Origin: Chiloscyllium plagiosum
Lineage: Eukaryota
Length of the DNA stretch: 20,000 bases
Reading direction: 5' to 3'
NCBI RefSeq assembly: GCF_004010195.1
Contig: NC_057719.1
Coordinates: 58,654,737-58,674,736 of the forward strand
The translations under genes and the position numbers were made by a program. The notes below the pieces were generated by a model. The model saw only the letters and a program-made list of their open reading frames with translations, ran no database searches and had not been told where the DNA came from. Of the stretch, positions 9,633-19,896 are shown piece after piece (position 1 is the first letter of the stretch; every line of letters begins with the position of its first letter).

Positions 9633-9852
9633 TGGAGGCAATGGTGTAGTGATATTGTCACGAGAAGAGTAATTCAAACACTCAGGTAATGTCCTGGGGA
9701 CCAGCTTTTGAATCACACCCTGACAGATAGTGGAATGGAATTCTGTAAAATATCTGAAATTAAAAATCTAACAATGACCATAAAACCAATGGTTGTTGTA
9801 AAAACCCATTTGATTCCCTAATGTCTTTTAAGGAAGTAAAGCTGTCATCGTT
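9633..9852 (+). mobile_element. Old tRNA-derived SINE head and body of the SacSINE1 / Deu-domain type, 3'-truncated
   Basis: A-box-like TGGTGTAGTGA (~9642) and degenerate B box TTTGAATCAC (~9707). These are followed by AAAAACCCATTTGATTCCCTAATGTCTTTTAAGGAAG, recognised as a decayed Deu-type core. Confidence 0.6.
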
Positions 9853-10126
9853 GGTATTGAGTTACGCCCTTTTCTTAAATATATTTTAATTGAAAAACAT
9901 AGATTTTTTTATTATTACAATAAATAAAAAACAATACAATTCAAAATAGTACAAAAAAACACAAGAAAAAAAGTTAAAAAAAAACCCAACCTGCCCTCAT
10001 GTACAAATGTATAAATATATACAGAAAAATATATAATTAAAAACCCAACTAACTATTTAACTAAACAAATAATAACTAACAATAAACTAATAAATAGTAA
10101 TAACTCAAATCAGCCAATCAAGACAG

Positions 10127-13100
10127 TCATACGTTCACAGTTTCTCTTCCCTGGATATTGGACTCGTAAAACACAATCATTACATCTAAAGAAGCCCTTA
10201 TTAGTGTGGCAGATAAATTTGTGTCCAGGTATTCCAAAAATGGCTGCCATGTCTTATAAAAATTCTCAGTTTTAAGGTGTACCATATTTGTGAAAAAATC
10301 CAAGGAAATATGCTCCATAACAATCTTTTGCAAACCCAACAGGCCCGGAGGGGTTTCGGATTCCCAACCTAACAAGATATTCTTTCTTACGCAAAAAGTG
10401 AGGATATTGAAAAGTTTTTTCTTATGTGTATCTGCAGGGAACACACTGGGCTGACAGAAGAAAAGAGATTGGGTCCTTTTCCACCCTTACACCCAAAAGT
10501 CTCTCCATTGCACCTGCCACAGTTCTCCAGTATGTTTGAAGCCTACCACAAGACCAGAGACAATGGGTGAGAGTGCCCATACAGACCTTGCACTTGGGAC
10601 ATGTTGAAGATACCCCTGCTTTAAATTTTGACAAATACTCCGGAGCCAAGTAGACCCTATGGAGAATCTTCAACTGTAAAGCATGGGTCCTATTACAAAT
10701 TGATATCTTTCTTGCGTTTCCCAAATATCTTCCCATGCGTCTGAGGAGACTTCGACACCTAGCTCTCTCTCCCACACCCTGCAGAGTTGATCGAACTCAT
10801 CTGAGGGGTACCCCCCCCCCCCCCAATTAATAATATAAACTACTGACAGAAAATGTACTCTTAGCACAGAGTACCCTCCTCTCTATGTCGGATCTATAGG
10901 GATCAATCAAAAGTGTAGTCTTTTTTTGAATAAAATCCCTAACTTGAAAAAAAAACTAAAGGGGTTCTTGTTAGATAGCTCGTATTTCCGTGCTAACCGG
11001 TTGAAGGACATCATTGTGTCTCCCTCAGATAAATCACCCATGCAAGACACACCCCTAGCTGCTCAATGTTTGAATCCTAAATATATCATCCCCGGTTGAA
11101 AACCCAGCATACCCACTATAGGTGTAAAAGAAGATGTCTTGCCAATATTGCCTTCCCTCTGCTGGATTGCCCTCCAAGCCTTAACAGTATTGATAACTAT
11201 TGGGTTAACTATTCCCTAACTGTCCTCATTTTGTCCAGAAACAGCAAGCCAGTAAGGGGGCACCTTGCCTGGAAGGCTTCAATATCTAACCATATTGAAA
11301 GCGGGTCCCCACAGGCCCAATCACTCACCTAAGATAAAATCAAGCTTAGTTGGTAGCTTTTAATGTCTGGGAGATCCACTCCCCCCAATCTGTGAGGCAG
11401 TTGCAGTTCAGCTAATTTAATGAAGGGCCAAATAAAGGAGCTGAACCAGCCATACAGTCTCCTGAATGTTTGCTTATTGAAAATCAAGAGGAGAATCCTT
11501 ATAGGGTACAATAAACAGGAGAGGATATTCATCTTAATAAGCACTATCCGACCCAACCACGAGACCGGAAGCGCCTACCATCTTTGAGGGTCTTGTTTGA
11601 TTATGTCAAATAATTGAACAAAATTGGCTTTGAACAACCGATCCAGAACTGGAGTAATGAATATGCCCAAATACACAAAACTCCACTGTGACCACTTAAA
11701 TGGGAATGGATAATCACCCTCAATACCTAGCACCTTTGTAAGACCACCCATAGGCATAGCCTCTGATTTTGTAAGATCAATCTTGTATTCTGAAAAGGCG
11801 CCAAACATGCTGATGCATTCTATCAGGCGAAGCACTGAAACTGCTGGATTTGACAGAAGAATTAGGATATCGTCCACATACAACAAAATCTTATGTAATT
11901 TTGACCCCACTTCTGGAGCTGATATATTAGGATCCCTAGGAATAGCCTCCGCTAATGGTTCAATCACCCATAAAAAGCAGTGGCGAAAAGGGACAGCCCT
12001 GCCGGCTGCCCCTAAAAATTGTTAAAATTGCTTGATTGTATCCCGTTGATGGTGAACACAGTGAGAGGGTCACTGTAGAGAACCATCACCCATCTTATAA
12101 AGATTTCATCCAAACCAAACCACTCCAGAGTATAGAAATGGTACAGCCACACAACTCAGTCAAATGCCTTCTCTGCATTTAGAGAAATCACCAATCCCTG
12201 CATTGACTGTTGTTGACATGCTTGAATTACATTAACCAGCCTCCTAAGATTATTGGAGGATCTGCAGCCCTTTATGAAGCCCGTCTGATCCTCTTTAACA
12301 ATAGAAGGTAACGCAGTCTTCAGCCTTAACGGAGAGTCTTAGAGAGGATTTTGAAGTCCACATTTAAAAGTGAAAGGGCCTGTATGAAGCACAGTCCTCC
12401 AAGACCTTCCCTTTTTTAAGAATGAGTGAAATATTGGCCTCTCTCAGAGATGGTGGGAAACAATCATGGCTGTATGAGTCATTAAATATATTAAGCACTG
12501 AGCCTGATAATGTGTTTATAAATTCCTTATAGATCTCGCTGGGAAGTCTGTCAGGACTGGGCGCCTTTCCACTCTGAAGCTGCTGCACAGCCACCTGCAC
12601 CTTTTGCTCTGATAAGGAGGCATTGAGAAAGGACTCTTGTTCGGGGGTCACGCCCAGGAGCTCCAGATCCTTAAAAAAAGATTCAATTTTGACTGCCCCA
12701 CCTCACAACCCTCAGATTGGGATACCTTAGAGTAAAATCTCTGGAATGCCACATTAATCTTTTTGGAGTCACATGTTAGGCTCCCAGACCCTTCCCTAAT
12801 CGCCGTGATGGCTTGTAGGGCACTCCTTTTCCGGGTGAGATATGCTAGGTACTTGCCTGGCTTGTCACCATGCTCATGGTGCTTTTCAAAACCTTTGCTT
12901 TTCAAAAGTGAGCTCCTTCTTTGCAATCTGCATGAGCATGAAATTCAGTGCAGACTGTAGTATCCTCTGTAGCTTGACCAACAAGGGCCTGTCAAAGGAA
13001 GCCTTCTCGGCTGCCTTCAACCGTGTTTCGAGGAGACGTTGCTGCTCACACTTCTGCCACTTCTTACTGGTAGAATAAGAAATAACTAAATCCCTGGCAT

Positions 13101-13960
13101 AGGCTTTGGCATTTTCCCAAATGATGGATGGGCTACTAACTGAGCCTGAGTTAATGTCTAGGAACACTTGAAATTCCCTAGGGAAATAATCCACCAATTT
13201 ATTATCCTTGAGGATAAAGGGATCCATTCACCAGTGCCTCGAACCCACTGTAACATCCTTAATCTTAACTAACAGGTACACTGGAGCGTGATCAGAGATG
13301 GTAATATTACCAATCGTACAAGATGCCACCAAGTCCAGGGTTTCCACGAGGTCAGATAAAAATCAATCTGGTGTGACATCTGCATGGATTGGAAAAAACG
13401 TAAAATCCCTGCCTGTAGGGTGGAGACACCTCCAGACGTCCAAACACAGGTCCACTAATTGTTTAGTTTGTTAGGAGGGTATCGAGGGGTCTTTGGGCAA
13501 CCTGTCCACTGTGGGACCCATGAGACAGTTGAAATCTCCCCCTATAATGATATGCCGGGACTCAAGACTGATTAGTTTCGAAAACGCATCTACCAAACAT
13601 TTGAGGGGATGAGCTGGAGGGCAATAAACATTTAAAACACCGTATTCTTCCCCTTTTATCAGGGCTTTAAGAATTACAAACCTCCCATGTGTGTCTTAAC
13701 ACACTCTAATAACTTAAATGGGAGATTCCTCCTAACCAATAGAGCCACTCCCTTACTTGTGGTATTAAATGCTGAAAAGAAAACCCGATCAAAGCCATTC
13801 TGCTGTAGTTTCAAATACTCCCTATCATTAAAATGTCTCTCCTGTAACAAAGCAATATCCACTTTCTCCTTTCTAAGACTCAAAAGTACCTTCTTCATTT
13901 TAATTGAGAGTGATTCCCCTTGATATTCCAGGTACACCATTTAATCAAGTCCTTAGCCAT
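10127..13960 (-). pseudogene. L1 ORF2p (APE endonuclease, reverse transcriptase, CCHC domain), multiply frameshifted
   Basis: Start MAKDLIKWCTWNIKG (13960). Further motifs: DIALLQE, IIGGDFNC (~13525-13550), ISDHAPV (~13278-13298), GKAPSPD...CASYRP, ISLNAEKAFD (~12160-12190), LLYVDDILILLSNP (RT YxDD, ~11875), YLGI, GRIVLIKMNIL, CPKC..TLTHCLWSC (~10550-10600) and KTWQPFLEYL. Confidence 0.92.
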
Positions 13961-14474
13961 AACCTACTGCAGTAACATTTAAACTCCAAAGAGGAGGAAC
14001 TCGAACCATAAATCGCTGAGCCTTAGTGTCACATGATCCTACAAAACTACATAAACTAAAACCACTACATTTAACACACCTACAAAAGTAGCAAAGATTA
14101 AAAACAACAAAAACCAAACAACAAATCAACATATAAAACGCCAACAGTGCTGAATAGGGGAATTCACCCCCCTGCCCAAAGAGAGCAACTACCCATCCCA
14201 AACTGCGCATAAGTAGGCAGCTAGCCATCCCAACAATATGAATAAAGATTTTTTTTAAAAGAAAAAAGGGGTACATACCCCATCTATCCTTTGGTATAAC
14301 TTAACTTAGAAATTGAAAGTACACATCTCAACCGCTGCCAAACATAGTTTAAACCAAATTATTACCAATAAAAAAGAAGAAAAGAAAGCTCCAACTGGAC
14401 GTTCTCTGTTTTTCTTAAAAAAAAACAAAGACATATCCAAACAACACTACTATCTGTATACTAAATTGTTCAGA

Positions 14475-15266
14475 TTAGGTTAATCTGTCCACAAAGTCTC
14501 TTGCCTTCTCCGACGTGTCAAAGAGATGTATGGATCCATCTAAGGTGATCTGGATCACCGCCAGATACCTCAGAGAGTACTGAGTCCCAAGGTCCCTCAG
14601 TCTTCTCTTGACACCGTCATAGGATTTTCTATTCTGGATCACCACCGCTGAGAAGTCCTAGAAGAACATGATCGGGGAGCCCTCGTAAACTAGGGCCTTC
14701 AGATCCTTCCCCTGGATTCTGGAAGCTTCCACAATTCTCTCCTTATCTCTGTAGTGATGAAACTGCACCAGGAGAGGACGTTGAACCACACCTGACCTCC
14801 GTGCCATAACCCGGTGAGCCCTCTCAATCTTCAAGTCTCTCATTCCAGCCTCCAGGTTAAGGAATTTCGGCAACCAGTCCTCAATAAATTCTGCAGGCCA
14901 CTCACCTTCCTTACCCTCAGGCAGAGTGACAATCCAAATATTTTTTCTCCTGGCCCTGTTCTCAAGATCATCCACTTGGTCACGCAAACTATAGACCTGC
15001 TTCTCCACGGCTTGGATCCTATCCTTGGAGGAACTGGCATCAGCTTCCACCACTGTGACTCTGTGTTCAATCTCATCCGTCCTCATTTCCAGGTCTCCCA
15101 GCTGCTGTTCATGCTTCTGCAGTATCTTCTCCTCTATCTGGTTACCCAGCATCTCATGAGATTTCGCAAGCTCATTGACCAGGGCCTGGTAGGTAATTGA
15201 GTCCAAGAATCCTGCAGGCTGGACCACGGGCCTGGTCTCGGATGCTCCTCCTCCCTTCTTTGACAT
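14475..15266 (-). pseudogene. L1 ORF1p (coiled coil + RRM + CTD, Transposase_22-like) with one premature stop
   Basis: Coiled-coil heptads, then DLENRARRKNI, IERAHR and RPLLVQFHHYRDKERI. Reading through the TAG at 14658-14660 continues in frame as DFSAVVIQNRKSYDGVKRRL...EKARDFVDRLT* to 14475. Confidence 0.9.
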
Positions 15267-15386
15267 CTCTGGATGGGAAAACGCGGATAAGTCAATCTTT
15301 CACAGTTTCAGGGACTCCATGACCTTTCTCAAGTCCCAGGATATCACAATGGTCCGGCTTGTGCTGCAACGCGATCCTTCTGAATC

Positions 15387-15400
15387 GCCGCCATCTTGGA
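15387..15400 (-). promoter_or_regulatory. YY1-like site at the L1 5' terminus (internal Pol II promoter element)
   Basis: The plus strand GCCGCCATCTTGGA reads CAAGATGGCGGC on the element's sense strand, within a few nt of its 5' end, as in other vertebrate L1s. Confidence 0.6.
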
Positions 15401-15454
15401 TTCCAAGTTACCTCTTTAATAATTGTTATCCCTTCTGCATCTCAGTGTGCTGCT

Positions 15455-16098
15455 TCCATTCCCCACATCTGGGTGTAACTGACTGTGCCATCCATTTAGT
15501 GCCCACCCCTGCTTGCCCTTGAGAAGGTAGTGATGAGGTCCCTTCTTGACATGCTGCAATTTGTTTGTTGTAGGTGCACTCACAATACCATTTGGGAGGG
15601 AGTTCCAGGCTTTTGACACAAAAGCAGTGATATTATTCCAAGTTAGGCTGGTAAGCAGATTGTATTGTCCTTTTTTCTACAAGATGGTACTGGTTGTGAT
15701 TTTGGAAGGTGGTATATAAGGAATCTTAACAGATTTCTGCAGTGCATCTCATAGATGATAAACACTGCTAATATTGATCGCCAGTGGGAGAATAAGTAAA
15801 ATTTGTGGATGTGCTGGTCAAGCTGGCTACTTTGTCCTCATTGGTGTCAAGCTTCTTGAATTTTGTCAAGGCTGCACTAATCCAGGCAATTGGAGAGTAT
15901 TCCATCACACTCCTGACCTATGTTATGTAGATACCTGACAGTCTTTGGCAGTCAGGAGGTGAGTTACGCAATGGACTCCTAGATTCTAAATTGTTCTTGT
16001 AACCACAGTATTTATATGGTTAATTCAGTTCAATTTCTGGCCAAGGGTAACAACAAGATAATTGATAGTGGGGGAGTCAGCAATGGTCATGCCATTTG
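15455..16098 (-). mobile_element. Old CR1/L2-group LINE 3' fragment
   Basis: ORF 15416-15619 text SKAWNSLPNGIVSAPT...KKGPHHYLLKG is a LINE ORF2 C-terminus. The region is collinear with 18112-18700 (shared GTCAGGAGGTGAGTTA, ATTTATATGG...TTCAGTT and TGCCCTTGAGAAG). Confidence 0.7.
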
Positions 16099-16223
16099 TT
16101 GATTTTGGAGGGTTCATGATCACAGTCAGGCACTAGATAATTTGAAGAATTTTTCTGATAGCTTATTGAGTTTGTTAAGAAGCAGAAGTTAAAATACATT
16201 AGTTAATTAGACAAAGAAAAGTA

Positions 16224-16343
16224 ATGATTTGGAGGTGCCAATGTTGAACTGGCGTTGACGAAGTTAAAAACCACACAACACCAGGTTATAGTCCAACAGG
16301 TTTATTTGGAAGCACTGCCTCTTCATCAGGTAGTTGCTGATGA
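16224..16343. mobile_element. Partial copy of the family-B Penelope-like element
   Basis: AAGTTAAAAACCACACAACACCAGGTTATAGTCCAACAGGTTTATTTGGAAGCACT matches 6167-6222. Its start TGATTTGGAGGTGCC matches the reverse complement of 6400-6417. The hammerhead stem II/GAAA is deleted, but TCATCAG..CTGATGA remain facing each other (16323-16343). Confidence 0.75.
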
Positions 16344-17559
16344 GAAAATAAAAGTAAAACACCCTGACAATTGGAAGTGGTTCACAAATACAAGAGAGCA
16401 AACAGGAAGTTGACGCAGAATGTGTTCGATTGTGAAAGTTGTGAAGGTAGCATCCAGCTGTCCAGTTAAGATGTTAGGCAACTCTTCCTGGGTTTTCCTC
16501 CTCTCCTGCTGATCCATTGTCCTGCTCTTTGAGGACTGCCTGATGAGGATCATTGCCTACAAGGGCTGTTTGAGAACCGCTCTTGTCCTGAGCACCTGTT
16601 GATTTTACCTGCCCTTAGAGCTAGGGTATCTTGTGGTGTGTCAGTCAATTATCTGAAATCTGTTGTCCAATAACCAAAGGAAAACTGCTCAATGTCAGAT
16701 GACTATTGTCCCCTCACCCACCTGCATTTAAAGTTCAGTTTTCATTTCTTCTAAGAACCAAACCTTCATATTTTAGAAAACAAAGTATTCATAATCAGGT
16801 TATGTGGCACCCACTAAGTCGTTCTTGTGGAAGGCTAGTTGCTACTGTAACCCAGTTAAACAAGGTCTCATGCCACATAAGAAGTACCAACTATTGAATA
16901 GTAAAAACACACAAGTTTAAAGGGGACCCCAGTTCTCAACAGTTCCTCTTTGGTAAGGATATATCCTTTTTGACTTTTCACCATTAATTCTTAACTAATC
17001 AATTTATTTCTAAGATACAAGTTCAATTTCCCAATTTCTTGATTATATATTGCAGATAAAATTAAAGAGCAACCAGAAACTAGAAACTAATGTCAAACTT
17101 TGAGTAGCTACTAAACTTAAGGTAACATCTTCAACAAAGGGTTGAAGACATTCTAAACCAGGTCATACCAGGTGCTCACTCCCAGCTTTTGAATTTCTTC
17201 TATTTCTCTGTTGGTTGGAGCATTTTTCCGAAGTGCTGGTCTTATTTTGGATTGATCTGAGGTTTAGAAATAAAATGGGAATGGGGCAGCCAGTTTGAGA
17301 GTTAGCCTGACCTGCCTTAATCTGCCAGGAGATATTTACTGACAGCGTTGTGATATCGCGTATGGAACTTTCTGTCATGGTTGTCTCAGTGTCTTGGAAG
17401 CAGAAGATAGCTTTTCAGATGAGACAAATGAGCAACTCCAGCTTCTCAACACAGATCCAAATTGCTTAAGTTGCAAATATTGACTGTGTTTATTGTGATC
17501 ATCTTGGTGTCCACCAGTTCACTTTTGACTTGGTGCTGTGAGAACTCCCAGGGCAACTC

Positions 17560-17830
17560 CTTTCTTACTGTATACTGTGCCACCAACAGTGCTAGTGAAT
17601 GGTTATGATATTGCCAACAGCATTATCTGTGAGGTATGATATAATGAATATGACTGTGTCAGCCTGTTGCTTGACTAATCTGTGAGACAGCTCTCCTAAT
17701 TTTAGCACTAACCCCAGATGTTCATAACAAGAAGCATTTTTCAGGGTTGACAGGGCTGAGTGTGCTTTTGGCCATTTCTGATCAATGCCAGGTGATCCAT
17801 CCAGTTGCATTTCTGTTTTTGATACTGGCT
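17560..17830 (-). mobile_element. 5' part (endonuclease N-terminus) of a CR1/L2-group LINE
   Basis: ORF 17592-17810 contains GLVLKLGELSHRLVKQQADTVIFIISYL, resembling the APE endonuclease N-terminal N-x-x-G-L...PDIVILTESxL motif. Confidence 0.6.
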
Positions 17831-17844
17831 GGTAGCTGATACCA

Positions 17845-18020
17845 CTCCTTGTCAGGGCATTTCAGAGAAAGTTACAATTCTGAAATCACATGTAGTTTTC
17901 ATTCCCTAACAGTGTGAACCTAATGAGTTTTTACAACAGCCATAATTGTTCATGGGTATTGTATACTTTACTATTTCTGGATTGCTACTCCAGCAACAGT
18001 AGCTCAATGCCATTATCTAC
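17845..18020 (-). mobile_element. Decayed SacSINE1/Deu-like sequence directly upstream of the LINE endonuclease start
   Basis: TTCATTCCCTAACAGTGTGAACCTAATGAGTTTTTACAACAGCCATAATTGTTCATGG is similar to the reverse complement of 9775-9835. Confidence 0.45.
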
Positions 18021-18111
18021 CTTCATGACTGATAAGGACAATATTGCAATGTTTCTTCTAATGCTGTCACTAGTTCTCTAGACCACCTTGAGCTTGAATA
18101 TTTTGTTTTTA

Positions 18112-19215
18112 AATTCACTCATGGGACATGGGTGTCAGCTGGTTCAACCAACCTATTGTGCCTGCCCTAAATGCCCTTGAGAAGATTATAGTGAGGTGCG
18201 TCCTTGAATATTTGCAGTCTATCTGCTGTATGTAGACTCACAATGCCATTATGGAGGGAATTCCAAGGTTTTGACCCAACGACACTCAAGGTGTGGCAAT
18301 ATATTTCCAAGTCTGGATGTTAAGTGGCTTGGAACTAGCAGTTGGTGGTGTCCTCCTGATCTGCTGCCCTTGTCACTCTAAATAGAAGTGGTCATGGTTT
18401 GGAAGTATCAATAGTGAAAGGAGCAGATGTAATGCCAATCAAACAAACATTATTTCTTGGATGATGTAAAGCTTCTTGAGTGTTTTGGAGCTTCACCCAT
18501 GCTGGGTATTCAATTGTACATCTGACTTGAGCCTTATGGATGATGGACAGGGCTTTGGGAGTCAGGAGGTGAGTTATGTCCAAGCCTCTGACCTGATGTT
18601 CTAGCATTTATATGGCAGATTCAGTTTAGTTTCTGATCACTAGTAAGCCCCAGGATCTTGGTAGTAACGGATTTAATGATGGTAATGCCATTTAATGACA
18701 AGGGTCAATGGTTAAATTGTCTCTTATTAAAGATGATCATTAATCAGCATTTGTGTGGCACAAATGTTACTTGCGACTTTTCAGTTTAGACTTGGATATT
18801 GTTTATATCTTGTTGCTTTGAACATGGACTGCTTAAACATCTGAGAATTTATGAATGGTGCTGAACATTGTGCAATTATCAGTGAACATCCCACTTCTGA
18901 CCTTATGACCTTATTAATGAAGCAGCTGAAGATGCTTGGTCCTTGGACACTACCTTGGGGTACTCATACAGACTTACCTGGAGCTGAGATAACTTACCTC
19001 CAACAATCACAGCCAACTTCCTTTGTGCCAAGTATGACTCCAAACAGCAGAGAGTTTCTTCCCCAATCCTCAACAGTTCCCATTCACTCCAGTTTTTCTA
19101 GGATGCCACATATAGCCTTGTTGTAACTCTTGACTTACTTTTGGAATTTACCATTTTCGTGCATGTTTGAGCCAAGGCTGTATTAAGGTCAGGAACTGAG
19201 TTGTCCTGGCTCCAG
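18112..19215 (-). mobile_element. Old CR1/L2-group LINE 3' ~1.1 kb (RT core to 3' end)
   Basis: The minus strand at ~18860-18907 reads roughly IRSEV-MFTDNCTMFST (decayed FADD motif). ORF 18392-18607 has HLLTPKALSIIHKAQVRCTIEY (cf. YKAQVRSxMEY). The 3' end is shared with 15455-15650. Confidence 0.75.
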
Positions 19216-19566
19216 GCCTCATATGAGTTGTCTGTTAATAATGGAGATTTGAGAAGGAGACCGAAGAGAAAGAAATATGTGTGACAGCAAGGTATATGAG
19301 TGAAAGGACAATGCAAGTGAGTGATGACCACCAGATGAGAGTTGTCAGACCTCAAGATAAAATTAAATCTTTTGTGGCACTGAATTAAGCATGTGGCTAT
19401 TACATTCCTGCTTTTGCTATTGGCAAATACACCTTATGCCTGTCAATACTGAATCAAGTGGCAATGTGCTAAAAGATAAAAAGGCAAGGCATGGAAGAGA
19501 CACTGTGAGCATCCAAGTAGGCACAAAGTGAATGACTATTAAGAAAACAAGCTAAGAGCCTGAGAA

Positions 19567-19708
19567 ATGGAGTCGCAAATAGATAGGATAGTGAAGAAAG
19601 CCTTTGGTATGCTTTTCTTTATTGGTCAGAGCATTGAGTGTAGGAATTGAGAGGTCATGTTGCAGCTGTTCAGGACATTGGTTAGGCCACTTTGGAATAT
19701 TGTGTGCA
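19567..19708 (+). mobile_element. CR1 ORF2 internal fragment (duplicated at 19742-19863)
   Basis: Reads MESQIDRIVKKAFGMLFFIGQSIECRN*EVMLQLFRTLVRPL-EYCVQ, a canonical CR1 ORF2 segment. Confidence 0.85.
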
Positions 19709-19896
19709 AGGTTTGTGAAGGTTTGTAGCTCAGGTTGAGGTGATAGTGAAGAAGGCCTTTGGTATGCTTTTCTTTATTGGTCAGAGCATTGAGTGTAGGA
19801 ATTGAGAGGTCATGTTGCAGCTGTTCAGGACATTGGTTAGGCCACTTTGGAATATTGTGTGCAAGGTTTGTGAAGGTTTGTAGCTCAGGTTGAGGT
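19587..19896 (+). repeat. Head-to-tail tandem duplication, 2 x 155 bp
   Basis: 19587-19741 and 19742-19896 are identical except AAGAAAGCC vs AAGAAGGCC. Confidence 0.95.

Larger units (their letters stand above)
9870..15405 (-). mobile_element. Full-length (~5.5 kb), inactivated L1-clade LINE
   Basis: The 5' end reads GGAATCCAAGATGGCGGCG on the minus strand. It is followed by ORF1, a ~515-bp spacer, ORF2 (EN-RT-CCHC), a T-rich 3' UTR, an ATTAAA signal and a short A tail near 9870-9892. There is an imperfect TSD candidate: AGTTACGCCCTTT (9860-9872) and AGTTACCTCTTT (15406-15417). Confidence 0.93.

Noticed and set aside
10811..10824. C14 homopolymer (G14 on the L1 sense strand)
   Set aside because: Most simply a slippage expansion inside dead L1 ORF2. 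There is no evidence of function.
16326..16560. 75-aa minus-strand ORF with an upstream acceptor-like CCTTGTAG
   Set aside because: No recognisable protein similarity, no convincing donor, and the ORF ends inside a repeat. It cannot be supported as an exon without RNA data.
17128..17148. Small hairpin TCTTCAAC-AAAGG-GTTGAAGA
   Set aside because: An isolated 8-bp stem is expected by chance in 20 kb of AT-rich DNA.
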